Notes: generated from the sequence alone by a model not told the origin. A stretch of DNA of 64,000 nt from Eledone cirrhosa (GCA_964016885.1 OZ024740.1:183272001-183336000), one strand, 5' to 3'. Counted from the first letter of the stretch, positions 1 to 13,639 are shown. Program-made: numbers and translations.

Positions 1-254
1 ATTGTTTGTAAGAACTTTTCGGGAGAAAACTAACACTTTGAACAGTGACCGTTTTTATGTTTTGTATTTACAGTTTTATGAGAAATGAATACGAATTCTG
101 ACTGAGCAACGGCAAATGATCTCTTAGTTGGAACTAAAAGATATTCAATGTGTCAGAATCTCTTGCACAATAAAGCCAACTTATTATTTATCACTTGCTT
201 CAAATGATGGCATTCAACATGTTTCTTGCCAAAAAACAAGCCTATAATTCCCAA

Positions 255-292
255 CTATGTATGTATATAAATATATGTATATATGTGTGTGT

Positions 293-348
<56 letters not shown>

Positions 349-386
349 ATATTTAATGTATGTATATATATATATATATAATGTAA

Positions 387-427
<41 letters not shown>

Positions 428-490
428 GTATATATATATATAATGTATATATATATATAATATATGTATATATATATATTATATATATAT
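255..490. repeat. (TA)n/(TG)n microsatellite
   Basis: Visible dinucleotide tract; source of the spurious YIYI ORFs. Confidence 0.95.
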
Positions 491-717
491 CATTCCACTG
501 TAAAGTGGTAGTGGAGGTGCCACGGCAAAAAAACACCCAGCCCACATTGTAAAGTGGACGTGTAGGCGCCACGGAAAAAAAGCACCCAGCACTCACTGTA
601 AATGAGGTTGGTGTTAGGAAGGACATCCAGCTGTAGAAATCAAGCCAGAATCAGTTCCTGTCCCACCCTTGCAAGCAGGGAAAAGCAGACTTAAAATGAT
701 GATGATGATGATGATGA
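491..717 (+). mobile_element. RTE LINE 3' UTR fragment (family B)
   Basis: Contains GGTGTTAGGAAGGACATCCAGCTGTAGAAATCAAGCCAGAATCAGTTCC, matching the reverse complement of the 3' UTR of the RTE at 36411-38928; ends in a (TGA)n tail. Confidence 0.8.
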
Positions 718-994
718 TATATATATATGTATATATATAAATATTAGAAAATGAGATTTTTTTTCCAAAATGAAAAAAACGAGATGTCCTACACGAGTGA
801 AAGTATAAGGAAAACAGATGAAATCAAAAATGCAACTGGAGTCTTTTTAAGAATATTAATTTGGTTCCTTTACCTGTTTCACAGTTCTTATGCATTTCAA
901 AAGTAGAATTGAGATGGAGGGTTTGTGGTTTTTCTCGCATCGAGACAAACCACAAACCCTCAGTTGCATTTTCGATTTCATCTGTTTTCCTAAT

Positions 995-1525
995 ATCATC
1001 ATCATCATCATCAACGTTTAACGTCCGTGTTCCACGCTTGCATGGGTTTGGACGGGGGTAGTCCCACTTGAGGCAAGAGTGATTGTCTTGCTCGCATAGG
1101 ACTGTCTGGCAGGTTTTCTACAGTTGGATGCCCTTCCTAACACCAACCACATTTACAGTGTGGGTCTGGGAGGTTTTTACCGTGTTGCCTACACGGCCAC
1201 ATTACAGCGTGGACTGTGTGTTTTTTTGTCGTGACACCTACACGATCTCATTTGTTTCGGCCTGGATGGCGCGGCACCAACATAACTTTACATGGAACGG
1301 GGTGGTGTGGATGGGGTGGGGGTGGTGGCGGGACGGGGTGTAGTTTGTTAGAGATGCCTACTGGCAAGGCGGGTCTTCTCTGTTACTGAGTACCGCCAAA
1401 GGTCACGGTCCAGTGACATTGTCTTGGAGAGGTGTAAGTGTATGAGGTCGGAGTTTATCAGCTCATCCCATGTTTTTCTAGGTCTGCCTATTCCGTGGCT
1501 ACCGTCTATCTTTATTGCCCTGCAC
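995..1525 (-). mobile_element. 5'-truncated RTE LINE (family A)
   Basis: Near-identical reverse complement of ~3825-4373: ORF C-terminus (GRPRKTW...), 3' UTR and (TGA)n tail. Confidence 0.9.
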
Positions 1526-1529
1526 TAAA

Positions 1530-1581
<52 letters not shown>

Positions 1582-2779
1582 TCACTCATATATATAAAAA
1601 GAGTAAAACATAAATAATAACACTACAATTGTTAATAGAAATGTGTAGTACATGTACACTTGTATTTATTTAGCTTTAGAAAATGCTTATAACATATACA
1701 TGCATACATATGCCTTTTGGGAATCTTATTGGTATATGTAACTTATGGATATTTATTTCCCCTCTGCTATTTATACACCTTAGATTTATGTTTTCACTAA
1801 CTTCATTGGGGTATTGGTATTTTTCAAAGGCAACCTAAAAAGATACCATCGTTAATGTTTCTTCTTGTATGATTTAAACCCTAACATACAGGTGTTTTTT
1901 TTTTATATACAAACAAAGTAGGTAACTCCAATAATATCAGTTAAGCCAAGACTCATGATTTTACCTTTTACCAGATTCACTTCTTACTGCATTGTCCACT
2001 TTTGCAAAATTTGAATTAACAGTTTCGTGGTTACCTTCACTATTTCTTCTTTTTTTAATTCTCAACACACTAAAAACATGCTCTTGTCTTTAAACTGCAT
2101 GTTTATATGTGTATACAAACATTCCTATGTATAATGTCTTGGTGTAATACAAGCAACATATTTGTAGTGCATGTGGTTCAGGGCATGGTAAGAAGAGTAA
2201 GTGATAGGGAGCTGAGAGTGAGAAGCTAGAATATAATAAGATATATTAGATGAGATAAAACTTGTTTAAAAACGGTATATATTTTGTGTTTTATTGTGTG
2301 TTTTTGTGAAGGTAGAAGTGTAGAAAGATGAGAATGTGAAAGTAAATGTTAGGGTTAGAATTAGCATTAGGATTAATGTTAGTATATTTACTGTGAATCA
2401 TCACAAGGTTAACGTTATGTGCTTTGTTAGTGGGTTAGTATGGTTCACATGATAGTAAGCACCTTCAGATAATAATCTGTTATCAGACTATATTATTCCT
2501 GGGTTGGCAAAATCGTTGCCTGTTGTAGTATGATCCAACATTTACCCTCACCACTTGCACTAAATATATCGCTGAATTCTTCTCTCCTCTCCTAAACATG
2601 TCAGAATGGAAAGATTGTTATGCTCCACAATATGGGCAATGTTGTTCACTTCCCTTAAAGCCATCCCTCAATCTGCAAACAACAGGTTACCTACACCCCA
2701 CTCTAAATACCCCCACACCCTATCACTTGCTGAGGTCACAAATATTCTAGTGTTGAAATGTGGCATTGTTGGTGTCACT

Positions 2780-3156
2780 ATAAAATACAGTGATCCCATT
2801 AGAAAGTGGAAAATCTAATACTACAATAAAATACACTGAACCCACTATAAAGTGGTAGTGTGTAAACCATGATAAAATGCAACTAGTCCTATCTATAGAG
2901 TAGAAAATATGCTGTCATGTAAAATGCATCCAGTCCAATCTGTAGGTGATAGTGGATGTCCACAAAAAAATGAACCCAGTATATGCTGTTTCATGGTTGA
3001 CATTAGGAAGAACAACCAGCTAGGGAGACCATGCCAGAATGGAACATGTGCGTGAGACCCAGTCATGTGACTTGTCTAGACTCAGAGAATGAAAACATCA
3101 CAACTCAGCTAGCCCATGCAAGCATGGAAAATAGATGTTAACGGATGATGGTGATA
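2780..3156 (+). mobile_element. Older degenerate RTE 3' UTR / RTE-derived SINE
   Basis: Degenerate 'cccact..aaagtgg' subrepeats, CCCATGCAAGCATGG terminal hairpin and a gatgatggtgat tail; a younger RTE follows directly. Confidence 0.6.
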
Positions 3157-3990
3157 TGCATGAGGGAAGAAAATAAGGCGGTGGTCCCTTCCGGGAAGTG
3201 GCCATGCTCAGTGTGTAGGAAAGGCGTAGGTAGAAACTCCATTTTGTGTCAAAAATGCAAAGTATGGGTGCATAAAAGATGTAGTGGGATCACAGGTAAG
3301 CTAACTAAGAACATAGATTTCACATGTGGCCGGTGCTCTGGTGCAATAAGTAGCAGCAAGTGCCCACGAAATACTAGCTCTTTCAACTGCGCAGAGGGAT
3401 CTATAGAAATAGTGGACAGCTTCCGTTACCTGGGTGACAACATCAGCAGTGGGGGAGGGTGCTCTGAAAGTACAGTAGCTAGAATCAGAACTGGATGGAA
3501 AAAGTTCAGAGAGCTTATACCACTATTATCCGCTAAAGGGCTCTCCCTAAAAACGAAAGGCAGGTTGTATGATGCCTGCATACGAACTGCAATGTTGCAT
3601 GGCAGAGAGACCTGGGCATTGTGTGCAGAGGATATACGCAGACTAGAGAGGAACGAAGCTTGCATGCTTCGCTGGATGTGTAATAGTAATATACGTGAAC
3701 AGCAAAACATAAACGAACTAAAGAAAAAATTAGAAATAAGAGGGATCAGATGTTGTTTACTCGAGAGAAGGCTACGTTGGTATGGACACGTGATGTGCAT
3801 GAAAGTCGATAGCTGTATAACAAAGTGCAGGGCAATAAAGATAGACGGTAGCCACGGAATAGGCAGACCTAGAAAAACCTGGGACAAGCTGATAAACTCC
3901 GACCTCACACACTTACACCTCTCCAAGACAATGTCACTGGACCGAGACCTTTGGTGGTACTCAGTAATAGAGAAGACCCGCCTTACCTAA
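3145..3990 (+). pseudogene. RTE ORF fragment: PHD-like finger, RT motif 7 and thumb/C-terminus
   Basis: C4HC3 motif, then VDSFRYLG, RIRTGWKKF, LHGRETW, RRLRWYGHV and GRPRKTW, which are typical RTE-clade motifs. The start codons come from the upstream tail, so this is not a real start. Confidence 0.85.
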
Positions 3991-4373
3991 ATACATAGTA
4001 AAACCTACAACAGTCAGTAGGCATCTCTAACAAAATACACCCCCGTCCCACCACATCCACACCGCCCCCTTCTATGTAAAGTTATGTTGGTGCCACACCA
4101 TCCAGGCCGAAACAAATGAGATCGTGTAGGTGTCACGACAAAAAAACACACAGTCCACGCTGTAATGTGGCCGTGTGGGCAACACGGTAAAAACCTCCCA
4201 GACCCATACTGTAAATGTGGTTGGTGTTAGGAAGGGCATCCAACTGTAGAAAACCTGCCAGACAGTCCTATGCGAGCAAGACAATCACTCTTGCCTCAAG
4301 TGGGAAAACCCCCGTCCAAACCCATGCAAGCGTGGAACACGGACGTTAAACGTTGAAGATGATGATGATGATG
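3157..4373 (+). mobile_element. 5'-truncated RTE LINE (family A)
   Basis: RT C-terminal coding region, 3' UTR and (GAT)n tail; closely similar copies at 995, 13024, 27019 and 63398. Confidence 0.92.
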
Positions 4374-4698
4374 AGTATAAAAGAGAAAACACAGGTAAGC
4401 ATTAAGAGAAGTATTTTATCCAGGTATTTACTACGTCTGCTTTTTCCTGCTTACATGGGTGGGATGGGTCCTATTCAGCACAGCATCACTCCACATACAC
4501 ACATAGATACATATATATACACACATGAACACGGACGCTAAACCTGATGATGATGATGATGATGATGATACATATGTATATATGTATATATAATATACAC
4601 ACACGCATATATATATGTATATACACACACATATATATATATATGTATATCTCTATATGCTAGCAGGAAAAATGAATGGTAAATGATGATGATGATGA

Positions 4699-4743
<45 letters not shown>

Positions 4744-5059
4744 CAGAAAAAGACAGAGATTTTATATAGATACAAAAAAGAGGAGGATAAATGATGGTTT
4801 TTCAAAACCAATAATTCTAGCAAATATTCAATATTTAAAGATTGATGTTCTTTGTAATCTGAGAGTCGTTTCAATATATCATACATCAGCAGTGTAAATA
4901 GGACTAAATACCACACTTGATGTCTTTCAAGTTAGAATATACAAGCAAACCGATTTCTTTAAATTTATCAATCAGAAATCAATAAATTAGTTCTCTATCC
5001 TATATCATAATGCTTATATTTGTATTTTCGAAAACATCTTTCATGAAAGAGAAGAATGA

Positions 5060-5386
<327 letters not shown>

Positions 5387-6614
5387 TATATGCAAATATA
5401 TGCATTCACTCTTGTTGTTTCTATTTTGATATAATAACATGTTTTGTCACTCAGAAATAGGAAAATAGATGAAATGGCGATTTTCTTTGCTAATCTTTTG
5501 TTTTGTATATAGTTTTGTATATACTTCTGTGATAACTTGTGTGTTATATATTTACTAGCATAGTACCCATAAAGAATGATGGGGTGTATAGTAGTCTTTT
5601 ATATATTTCCTGGTTTGCAACATTCTATGGGAAGGTGCATGAATCAAGAAATTTGCTTCAACTTCCAGAACCATCTCCACCTCCTCCTTCACCTCCTTCA
5701 CCTTCTCCACCCTCCCTCCTCTTCTCAAATTATATTTGGGACAATATTTTTAAAGCTAATAATATGCCGGAAGTCACTACTTTTCACAATAATGTGACTG
5801 TTGAAGGTTTATACCTACATCCAGGTTTAAAGTTCAAACAACTCAAAGAAGATCCATTCAAGATTTTCAGCCAAAGTTTCACGCTTGAAGAAATTCCTCA
5901 GAGACACCAACATCAATTCTTTAAATTAATTTCATCCTTTGCTTTTTATCCTTTCTCTCTCTCTTTTATATTCTTTTATCTTTTTTCATTTTTTTTTAAA
6001 TACTGTGAATTTATAAATTTGAAGATCTTACGATATGGAAAAAAAAGAAGCATGGTTATTTGATCCAGAATTTAGTCATAGCCATCTGTTATAATTTCAC
6101 TCATATCTAGAATGCTTTATATGAATATTACATTGATCCAAATACTTGGTTGGTACTTTAATTTATGAAGTTTCAGAAGAAAAAAACACAAAGTTGGCAT
6201 CAACAGGATTTGAACTCAGAAGATAAAGAACTAGAAAAGCTCCTTGCAATGCGATCCACCAACATAGGCAGTGACTAACGTACTGTCTAATGGTTCGATA
6301 ATATAACCACAACATGATTAATGACACTAGCATGTTTAATGTTAGATGGACTGCTGCACTTTATCCCATAACAAAAATCAAGATCTATATCAATATCCCA
6401 ATAGCTGATTGAAGCATATTGGCACTGAAGTTTTATCCTTTTTGAATTTTCCAGGCACACATATGAGAAGAATGATATAGCATGATGTTCCTTTATGTTC
6501 TGCTTTCAAATTCTATAATGTCAACTTTATCTTCCATCCTAATAGTGGCCAATGAAAGTATCATTGAAGTACTTTGGTTTAGTTAAATAGACAATTAAAA
6601 TATAGCTTTGTTTC

Positions 6615-6820
6615 AATAATGATTTCTAATATAGGCACAAGGCCAGCAATTTAGTGGGAGGGGAAAGATGATTATGACTCCAGCATATTACTGATGCTTT
6701 ATTTTATCAACCCCCATAAGGACAAAAGCCAAATCTAACCTTGGCAGGATTTGAACTCAGACTGTAACTCTATGCTGCAAAGCATGGAGTCTGACACTAC
6801 TAATACTGCCAATCCACTAA
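6615..6820 (-). mobile_element. tRNA-derived SINE (Meta-like central domain), degenerate
   Basis: Reverse complement of the SINE type at 14262 and 60616 (GAGTTCAAATCC...GATAAAATAAA...GCTGGCCTTGTGCC). Confidence 0.6.
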
Positions 6821-7130
6821 ATGTTGTATTCCTGTTTGTTACAACAGCAATACAATGTAATCTACTTTTGCAGGTATTTGGGATGTTACAAGATAATTGT
6901 TGTTACAGCCCACACTTGCATTGGCTTAACAGTCCACTTATGAAGTTGCATCTCGTAGGAGATCCTTAAACCACATCCCCTGGATGTTTAAATGATAAGG
7001 ACCTCACTCCTATCATGGTGCCATTTTTCTGGTAACAGGAAGCAGAATGCACAAAGCCAGAATAAATACATCACAAAATTCTGTTCAATGCTCTAGCATT
7101 TCTATTTAATTATTGACTTCAAAGATAAAG

Positions 7131-7410
7131 GTGTGGAGGTGCATGGCCTAGTAGTATGTGTAGAGGACTTACAATCGTAATGCCATGGGTTTGATTTCTG
7201 AACTGGGATGCATGTTGTGTTCTTGAGGAAAACATTTCATTTCATGTTGCTCCACTATACTCAGCTGAAAATGAGTACCAGCAGTATATGGCAGTTTAAA
7301 TCTGCGATGTCCTGGCATCATGCCCATGGGTAGCTGTGTACTCTTGGTTGCTTAACGCCATGGAAACCAGGATAAGCATTGGCCTGATGAGTCCTCAGGC
7401 TTGAGAAAAA
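7131..7410 (+). mobile_element. tRNA-derived CORE-type SINE
   Basis: A-box-like TGGCCTAGT and a degenerate B box, then the CORE-like GTGTTCTTGAGGAAAACA...TTGCTCCACTATACTCAGCTG; paralogues at 14499, 22440, 28895, 29808, 57725 and 61140. Confidence 0.7.
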
Positions 7411-7787
7411 AGAAAAAAGTATAATTGTAAAGTTGGCCTGAAATCAGAGTGTACAGACCTGAAATAAATATTGTAAGGCATTTAACTTAATGTACTAGTT
7501 AAATCTTTTGTGATTATATTTTTAATTATATAGGCTGTCAATGTGTTTTGGTTATTTTTTTAAAGTAATTAATTATTTTAAGGGTGGAACTCATTAGTAA
7601 ATTGCTAATTTCTCCTTTTATTAAGCTGGAAGATAACTTAACAAAAGGACCATCGCCATCGTTATCATTTTGGTACATTTTACTATTCTGGTCTTGACTG
7701 TATGATACAATTTTTCTGTGGCAAGATACACTTTCTGAGACCAACCCACACTTCATTGATAAGTATGGTATATACTGCCTCAGTCTA

Positions 7788-8174
7788 TCTATATATAAAT
7801 TTGAGCAACTGCCGCCCATCTGTTCGTTATCACCCCTTCCTTCCTCAATCATCGTCCATCACACAATGATTGAGGAAAGAAGGGGTGATGACTTCACACA
7901 CCAGAGATGATTGAGGAAGGAAGGGGTGATGACATCACACACTGGAGATGATTGGAGAAGGAAGGGGTGATGATGGCACATTCTAGAGATGGTTGAGGAA
8001 GGAAGGGGTGAAGAAATCACGCACTAGAGATGACTGAGGAAGGAAGGGGTGGTAACAAACTTCAGAAAACAGTTATGAACATGTATGTCTGTGAGTGTGT
8101 ATTTTTGTATGTCCGTGTTTGCTGCTTTATAACAATATACTCATACATGCATCAGCATGTTGAAAACATTCTAG
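7788..8174 (+). mobile_element. Non-autonomous mini-Helitron with internal ~41-bp tandem array
   Basis: A|TCTATATATAAA 5' end; ACATGC-ATCA-GCATGT hairpin at 8145-8160, 10 nt before CTAG|T (8171-8174); about 5 tandem ~41-bp units at 7867-8055. Confidence 0.65.
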
Positions 8175-8825
8175 TATATTATTCTACCATACTGAATAAT
8201 GTGTTGCTTATGAAGGACATAAAGAGATATTACAAATTGCTATGAGCATGTACATACCTTTTGACAATGTATATAATGGGTGGTTTTGTATCATTAGACC
8301 CTGAATGTTTTCAGAAGATTGAAATTAAATTAAACTTAAAAAAGAGGGCAGAACACAGATAATGGATTTGGTCAAGCCCTTTTTGACTACGACTAACCTG
8401 GAACTAACCACAACAACCAAATGGAAAACAAACCACAAATTATCAAGTGTTTTAGTAAGGATGATTTTACCATTTTATTGGGTTTATAAATTTCTACTTT
8501 AAGATGTAAATAGTTGCTAACGTCTGAAAATATAAGTATGTAGTATGTAGATTGCTTGAATTATTGGGTAAAGTGTAAAAAATAAGGTTCTATTTGAAGG
8601 CTATCACAATCTGAATTGAACATTAATTGTTAACAATATAATTGTTTCTACTTTTGGCACAGGGCCAGCAATTAATTCTTATTAACTGACAGTCCATCTC
8701 ATGACCCCGGCATAGTATTCAATGATGAGCATTCTTAATCTGAAATTAATGTGTGAGTGACTGAGTATTCCAGTCAAAGTCACATGTACCCCTGTAATAA
8801 TTCTCAAGACAAATCGGCATGATGC

Positions 8826-9006
8826 AATTTAACAAGGTTGAACTTTTGAATTACAGGTACAATTCAGAAAGAAACCAGCTCCTGTAATATAAGAAAGCTG
8901 GACTTATGAATTACAGGTACAATTAAGAGGAAAAGCAGTTCCAGTAATTTAACAAGGCAGGACTTTTGAATTACTTGTACAAACCAGAGGGAAAGCAGTT
9001 CCAGTA
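8826..9006 (+). repeat. ~60-bp tandem repeat, 3 diverged copies
   Basis: Recurring TTGAATTACAGGTACAA...AAAGCAG with a period of 60. Confidence 0.7.
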
Positions 9007-9059
9007 CTTGACTGGTATTTTATATATCAATCATGAAATACAGTTGATTTGAACTCAGA

Positions 9060-9430
9060 GCATCATCCTTTAACACCCATTTCCTCTGCAAGCAATGGAT
9101 GGATGGGTAGCCTCATACCAAGTAGTACTTAAGTGGAGCTGCTGACCTCTCAGATAAGCCAGGGATTGGCATATCACTCACATTCCCACACAGTACTGGG
9201 TGCTTGGGTAAACCAGGGGCCTGCATTTCAATTACAAAAGTTTTCCACACTCTACTGACTGGATTTTATCATGGCATCACCACTAAGGATGTCGTTATGT
9301 GTTTGACATAGGCTAAATCTCCTCCTGATCCTTTGTTTGATGGGTTTTCTACTACTGAATGTCTTCCTATCATCAACCACTTTACAGAGTGTACTGATGG
9401 TGTTTATCATGTGAATCACCAGCAATAAGA
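9060..9430 (-). mobile_element. Degenerate RTE 3' UTR
   Basis: Minus strand reads CAGTACACTCTGTAAAGTGGTTGATGATAGGAAG...; remnant tail and terminal hairpin near 9060-9105. Confidence 0.5.
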
Positions 9431-12315
9431 AGGTTGTTATGTCTTTGAAACAATTGATAGATATATATATAATAAAATACAGGTATCCATCTTGGCTGCT
9501 ATCTAATGATAATATAATATATGAGGAACTTTGACATAAGCAGTGGTGTGTATTTCTAAGAAGATTGATAAGCATTGATATAAATATTATAATATATTTA
9601 TTTATGGAACTTTTTTTCTGTTTCACAGTGTCATAGAATCTTAGAATTATTATGATAGTACTTGAATAATGGCATTAAGATTTTGGAATAAAATAATAAT
9701 GGTGAAAATGTTTGGCGAATTTGTTAGATTTTCTTTTAAAAAAGATGGTATCACAATGTAAGGTTGTGTTTCCCAAATAAGCAACATTCCATGACATGCC
9801 ATTAAACATAAGTCTATATGACATCCATAAATGGATAGTGCAAACTCAAAATACATCACATAAAGCACTTATAGGATAAGACATCGGCATTTACACTTGT
9901 TGTATGAATCTCTTTCATTGGCTTTCTAAATCCTCAGAGACTGTTAGATATCTGATAGAGACATGGCTGATCTGCCACTTGACTAAAACTCGACAAACAT
10001 GGGTTCTTTTCTACATAATTCAAAATAAATTATTGAATACGGCTAGTTTGACCCAAACAGAACAAACATATGGTTCTTTTGTATACAACTCAAAATACAA
10101 ATCTGTTTGCAACAGTTGCAAGCCCACAAGCTAAAGAAAGAATTCAATGATATCTTTTTAAATGATTAGTAAGAAATGGAAGGGCTGCGCCTATGAATGG
10201 GAGAATGAAGGAAGGAAGTTATCCTCAAATTAGGGTCTCAGCTTGAATGTTTGCAATAGGGTGTACTCCACAAATAGACGCCAATAACCATGTGGTGATG
10301 TTAAAATGGTCAATGGATTAAGTGTTAGTGTTTTAAAAAACAACTGAATATAACAAACGTTTCTTTCTTTTAGAAGTTTGTTAAACACCCTAAAGAAGGC
10401 GAAAATGAAAGTTATAGTTGTCATTCAATTATGTATGTGTGTATATATCTACTACTGGTTTTATAATTTCACACTATTTTACCAATAGAGAGAGAGCCGG
10501 TTTCTAGCATAGTTACAAGACTCTCTCATTGGAATTTAAACAATATAAACTATGTAGATATGTATGCATGTCTGCATACATGTGTGTGGAGGTTTATGCT
10601 TTGAGTTATATTTGTGCATGTGTATATGCTTTGTATCTGTACATGTGTACCTGGAGGTGTGTTCTTTTGTTTCTGTGAAGCCTAGTTTCTCAAGATTTGT
10701 ACTGAGGCAGTTACTAACATTTCACAATACGCCAATTATCACAGGTATAAATTGGAAGGTATAGTCAGGGTATAGTCTCCTTTTCACTAATCTTTAATAT
10801 TATATTAGCATCTGCTGGACAGCTAACTTCCACCACTGTACATGACTTCTTTTCCCTGTCCCATATCTGGTCTGTTATGCCTGCATTTTATTGGGATTTT
10901 TACTAGAATATTCCACCAGTACTCTTTCATATAATGTATGTGTTTGTCTTCCATATTGCTGTAGCTTGGTGTCAAATTTCTTACAAGTATAGTCCTTTCA
11001 AGGCAGTGTAGGGCTTGGCTGCTAGAAAGTCCAGTAGCATGGCGACTTGTAGCACGTGGTGTTGATTTCATGTTTGTTCTGGGGGACTTACAATTAATCA
11101 TATTTATGTTATTTTACGTTCAACAAACATCGCTTGTTGGCGTAATTGTTTGGCTGTGAAGAGATTGTATGTATGTATGTATGTGTGTATATATGTATGT
11201 ATGTATGTATGTGAGTGTGTGTGTGTATTCATGTATATATGTGTGTAATTTTGTTTGCATGTATGCATGTGTGTATGTTTGTATGAATGTATATAACAGA
11301 TAAAGGCAGCCCAATTTAGAGAGAAGAGATAGGAAATTTGTAAAAGCCATTTCCAGTGAAAAATATGTTGTTGTTAGGAATCCATGGGAAGTAGCCCCCT
11401 TTCATTTGTTCATCCCCCCAAAATAATATAAAAGATGAAAAATAATCTACTCAACAGAGATTAATAAATATATCATACATTATCAACACATTCACATTCA
11501 GATTTCAGCTATAAATAAGTTCACTGATCTTAGATAACTTTGTAACTGTCCAATAGAAAAAACAGACGATGGTTTGTTTGGTTGTTTGTTTATATATTAG
11601 TATGTATGTGTGTCTATATGTTTATATGTATGTATATATGTTTGTATATATGTATATATGTATGTGTGTACATATGTACGTATGTATGTGTGTATGTATG
11701 TATATATGCATATATGTATGTATATATGTATGTACATGTGTTTTTACATACAGCTATGTAAGTATATGTTTATGTATGTCTATATATATATATATATATA
11801 TAAGAAAGAAAAATAAGCAAAAAAATTAATTTCTATTTTATTATTCACTGTTATTATGTGAAAAAAAAATTATTTTGAATGAATTATAGTTAATATATCT
11901 ATAATGGTTTTACCCTTATGACATATGAAATGGAAATTTCTTCTTCAGCTAAGAATAGAAATTCTTTTCAATTGACATTAATCACTGAAAATGAAATTGT
12001 TATTAATATTCCTCAATGCTTTATTCATATTTCACCTTTTATTATCATCTTAAGAAATCTCAACAGATAAAGCAGGATTTATTTCTTCTGATGTCTAGCC
12101 TGTAAAATTGTAATATATTTGCAAAAATCAATTACTATAGCACCACTTTTTTCTATCTCTCCCCAAATGGTAATATCATTTTTGTAACTTATAGCTTGCT
12201 TCCATTTGATGTGGCAGTTTTCATGAGAGAAAAATAAGTATATGATTACAAATATTATGAAATGGTTACTTTTACCCAATTTAGAATATAGAATGGAAGT
12301 GATCTAGAAAGCACC

Positions 12316-12317
<2 letters not shown>

Positions 12318-12346
<29 letters not shown>

Positions 12347-12502
12347 TGTATGTATGTATGTATGTATGTATGTATGTATGTATGTATGTATGTACGTATG
12401 AATGTGTGTGTATGTATGTATGTGTATGTATGTATGTATGAATATATGTATGTATGTATGTAAGTATGCATGTGATCTGATGTGATGTATGTATGTATGC
12501 AT
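12318..12502. repeat. (TATG)n microsatellite
   Basis: Visible tract; similar tracts at 11165-11295 and 11600-11800. Confidence 0.9.
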
Positions 12503-13023
12503 GTAATACTGGCTAGGGTCGAAAAAAAAGAAGAATCCTCCTTGAATTTGTACCTAGTTGTGAAACAAATAGACTATATTTCAGGTGACTTATCATTAGT
12601 AAAAGTATTTATCAAAATGGCACAACAAAAAATAAAGCTTTTGACAGTTTCAAAATCTCAAGAGTTGTTTCCTTTTTGCCAATGACAAAGCCATTTTTTG
12701 ATGCATAGCTTATCTATGAAGGTACAAAAAGCTCAAATCAAATTTAAGACAATAGATTAACAATTTTGATGAAATACTTTATGGTATATATTCCAGTTCC
12801 TTACAGTTTGGGTTCAAATCTTGTCAAGGACAACTTTCAATTTCATTCCTCCAGGTAACAATCTAGGAAGTCAACTGGTGAAATTCTTAGTACAGGATAT
12901 CTTGCAGAATTTTTTCCAGCTCTTTGCATGCTGGGTTCATGGTGTGTATCTTGCTTACCCCTTCCCACTAGTATCAGAGATCCTAAAGCTGGATATCATC
13001 ACAGCAATAGTGATAAATATGGG

Positions 13024-13618
13024 GCATGAAGGACGATAGCTGTATAACAAAGTGCAGGGCAATAAAGATAGACGGTAGCCACGGAATAGGCAGACCCAGA
13101 AAAACCTGGGACGAGCTGATAAACTCCGACCTCACACACTTACACCTCACCAAGACAATGTCACTGGACCGAGACCTTTGGCGGTACTCAGTAATAGAGA
13201 AGACCCGCCTTACCTAAATACAAAGTAAAACCTACTACAGTCAGTAGGCATCTCTAACAAAATACACCCCCGTCCCACCACCCCCACCCCCACCCCATCC
13301 ACACCGCCCCCTTCTATGTAAAGTTATGTTGGTGCCACACCATCCAGGCCGAAACAAATGAGAACGTGTAGGTGTCACGACAAAAAAACACACAGTCCAC
13401 GCTGTAATGTGGCCGTGTAGGCAACACGGTAAAAACCTCCCAGACCCACACTGTACATGTGGTTGGTGTTAGGAAGGGCATCCAACTGTAGAAAACCTGC
13501 CAGACAGTCCTATGCGAGCAAGACAATCATTCTTGCCTCAAGTGGGAAAACCCCCGTCCAAACCGATGCAAGCGTGGAACACGGACGTTAAACGTTGATG
13601 ATGATGATGCTGATGATG
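13024..13618 (+). mobile_element. 5'-truncated RTE LINE (family A)
   Basis: ORF end MKDDSCITKCRAIK...EKTRLT and 3' UTR nearly identical to 3797-4373; (GAT)n tail. Confidence 0.92.
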
Positions 13619-13639
13619 GTGACATCTAAGATGCTAATG

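Noticed and set aside
1083-1343. Repeated small ORF MSCSHRTVWQVF (also 4072, 13314, 63399)
   Set aside because: It is antisense to the RTE family A 3' UTR with a TTG start; recurrence reflects element copy number.
2345-2445. Interstitial telomeric repeats
   Set aside because: Only a few degenerate TTAGGG-like units.
7131-7210. tRNA genes
   Set aside because: The A/B-box-like motifs here and elsewhere are SINE heads; no complete cloverleaf.
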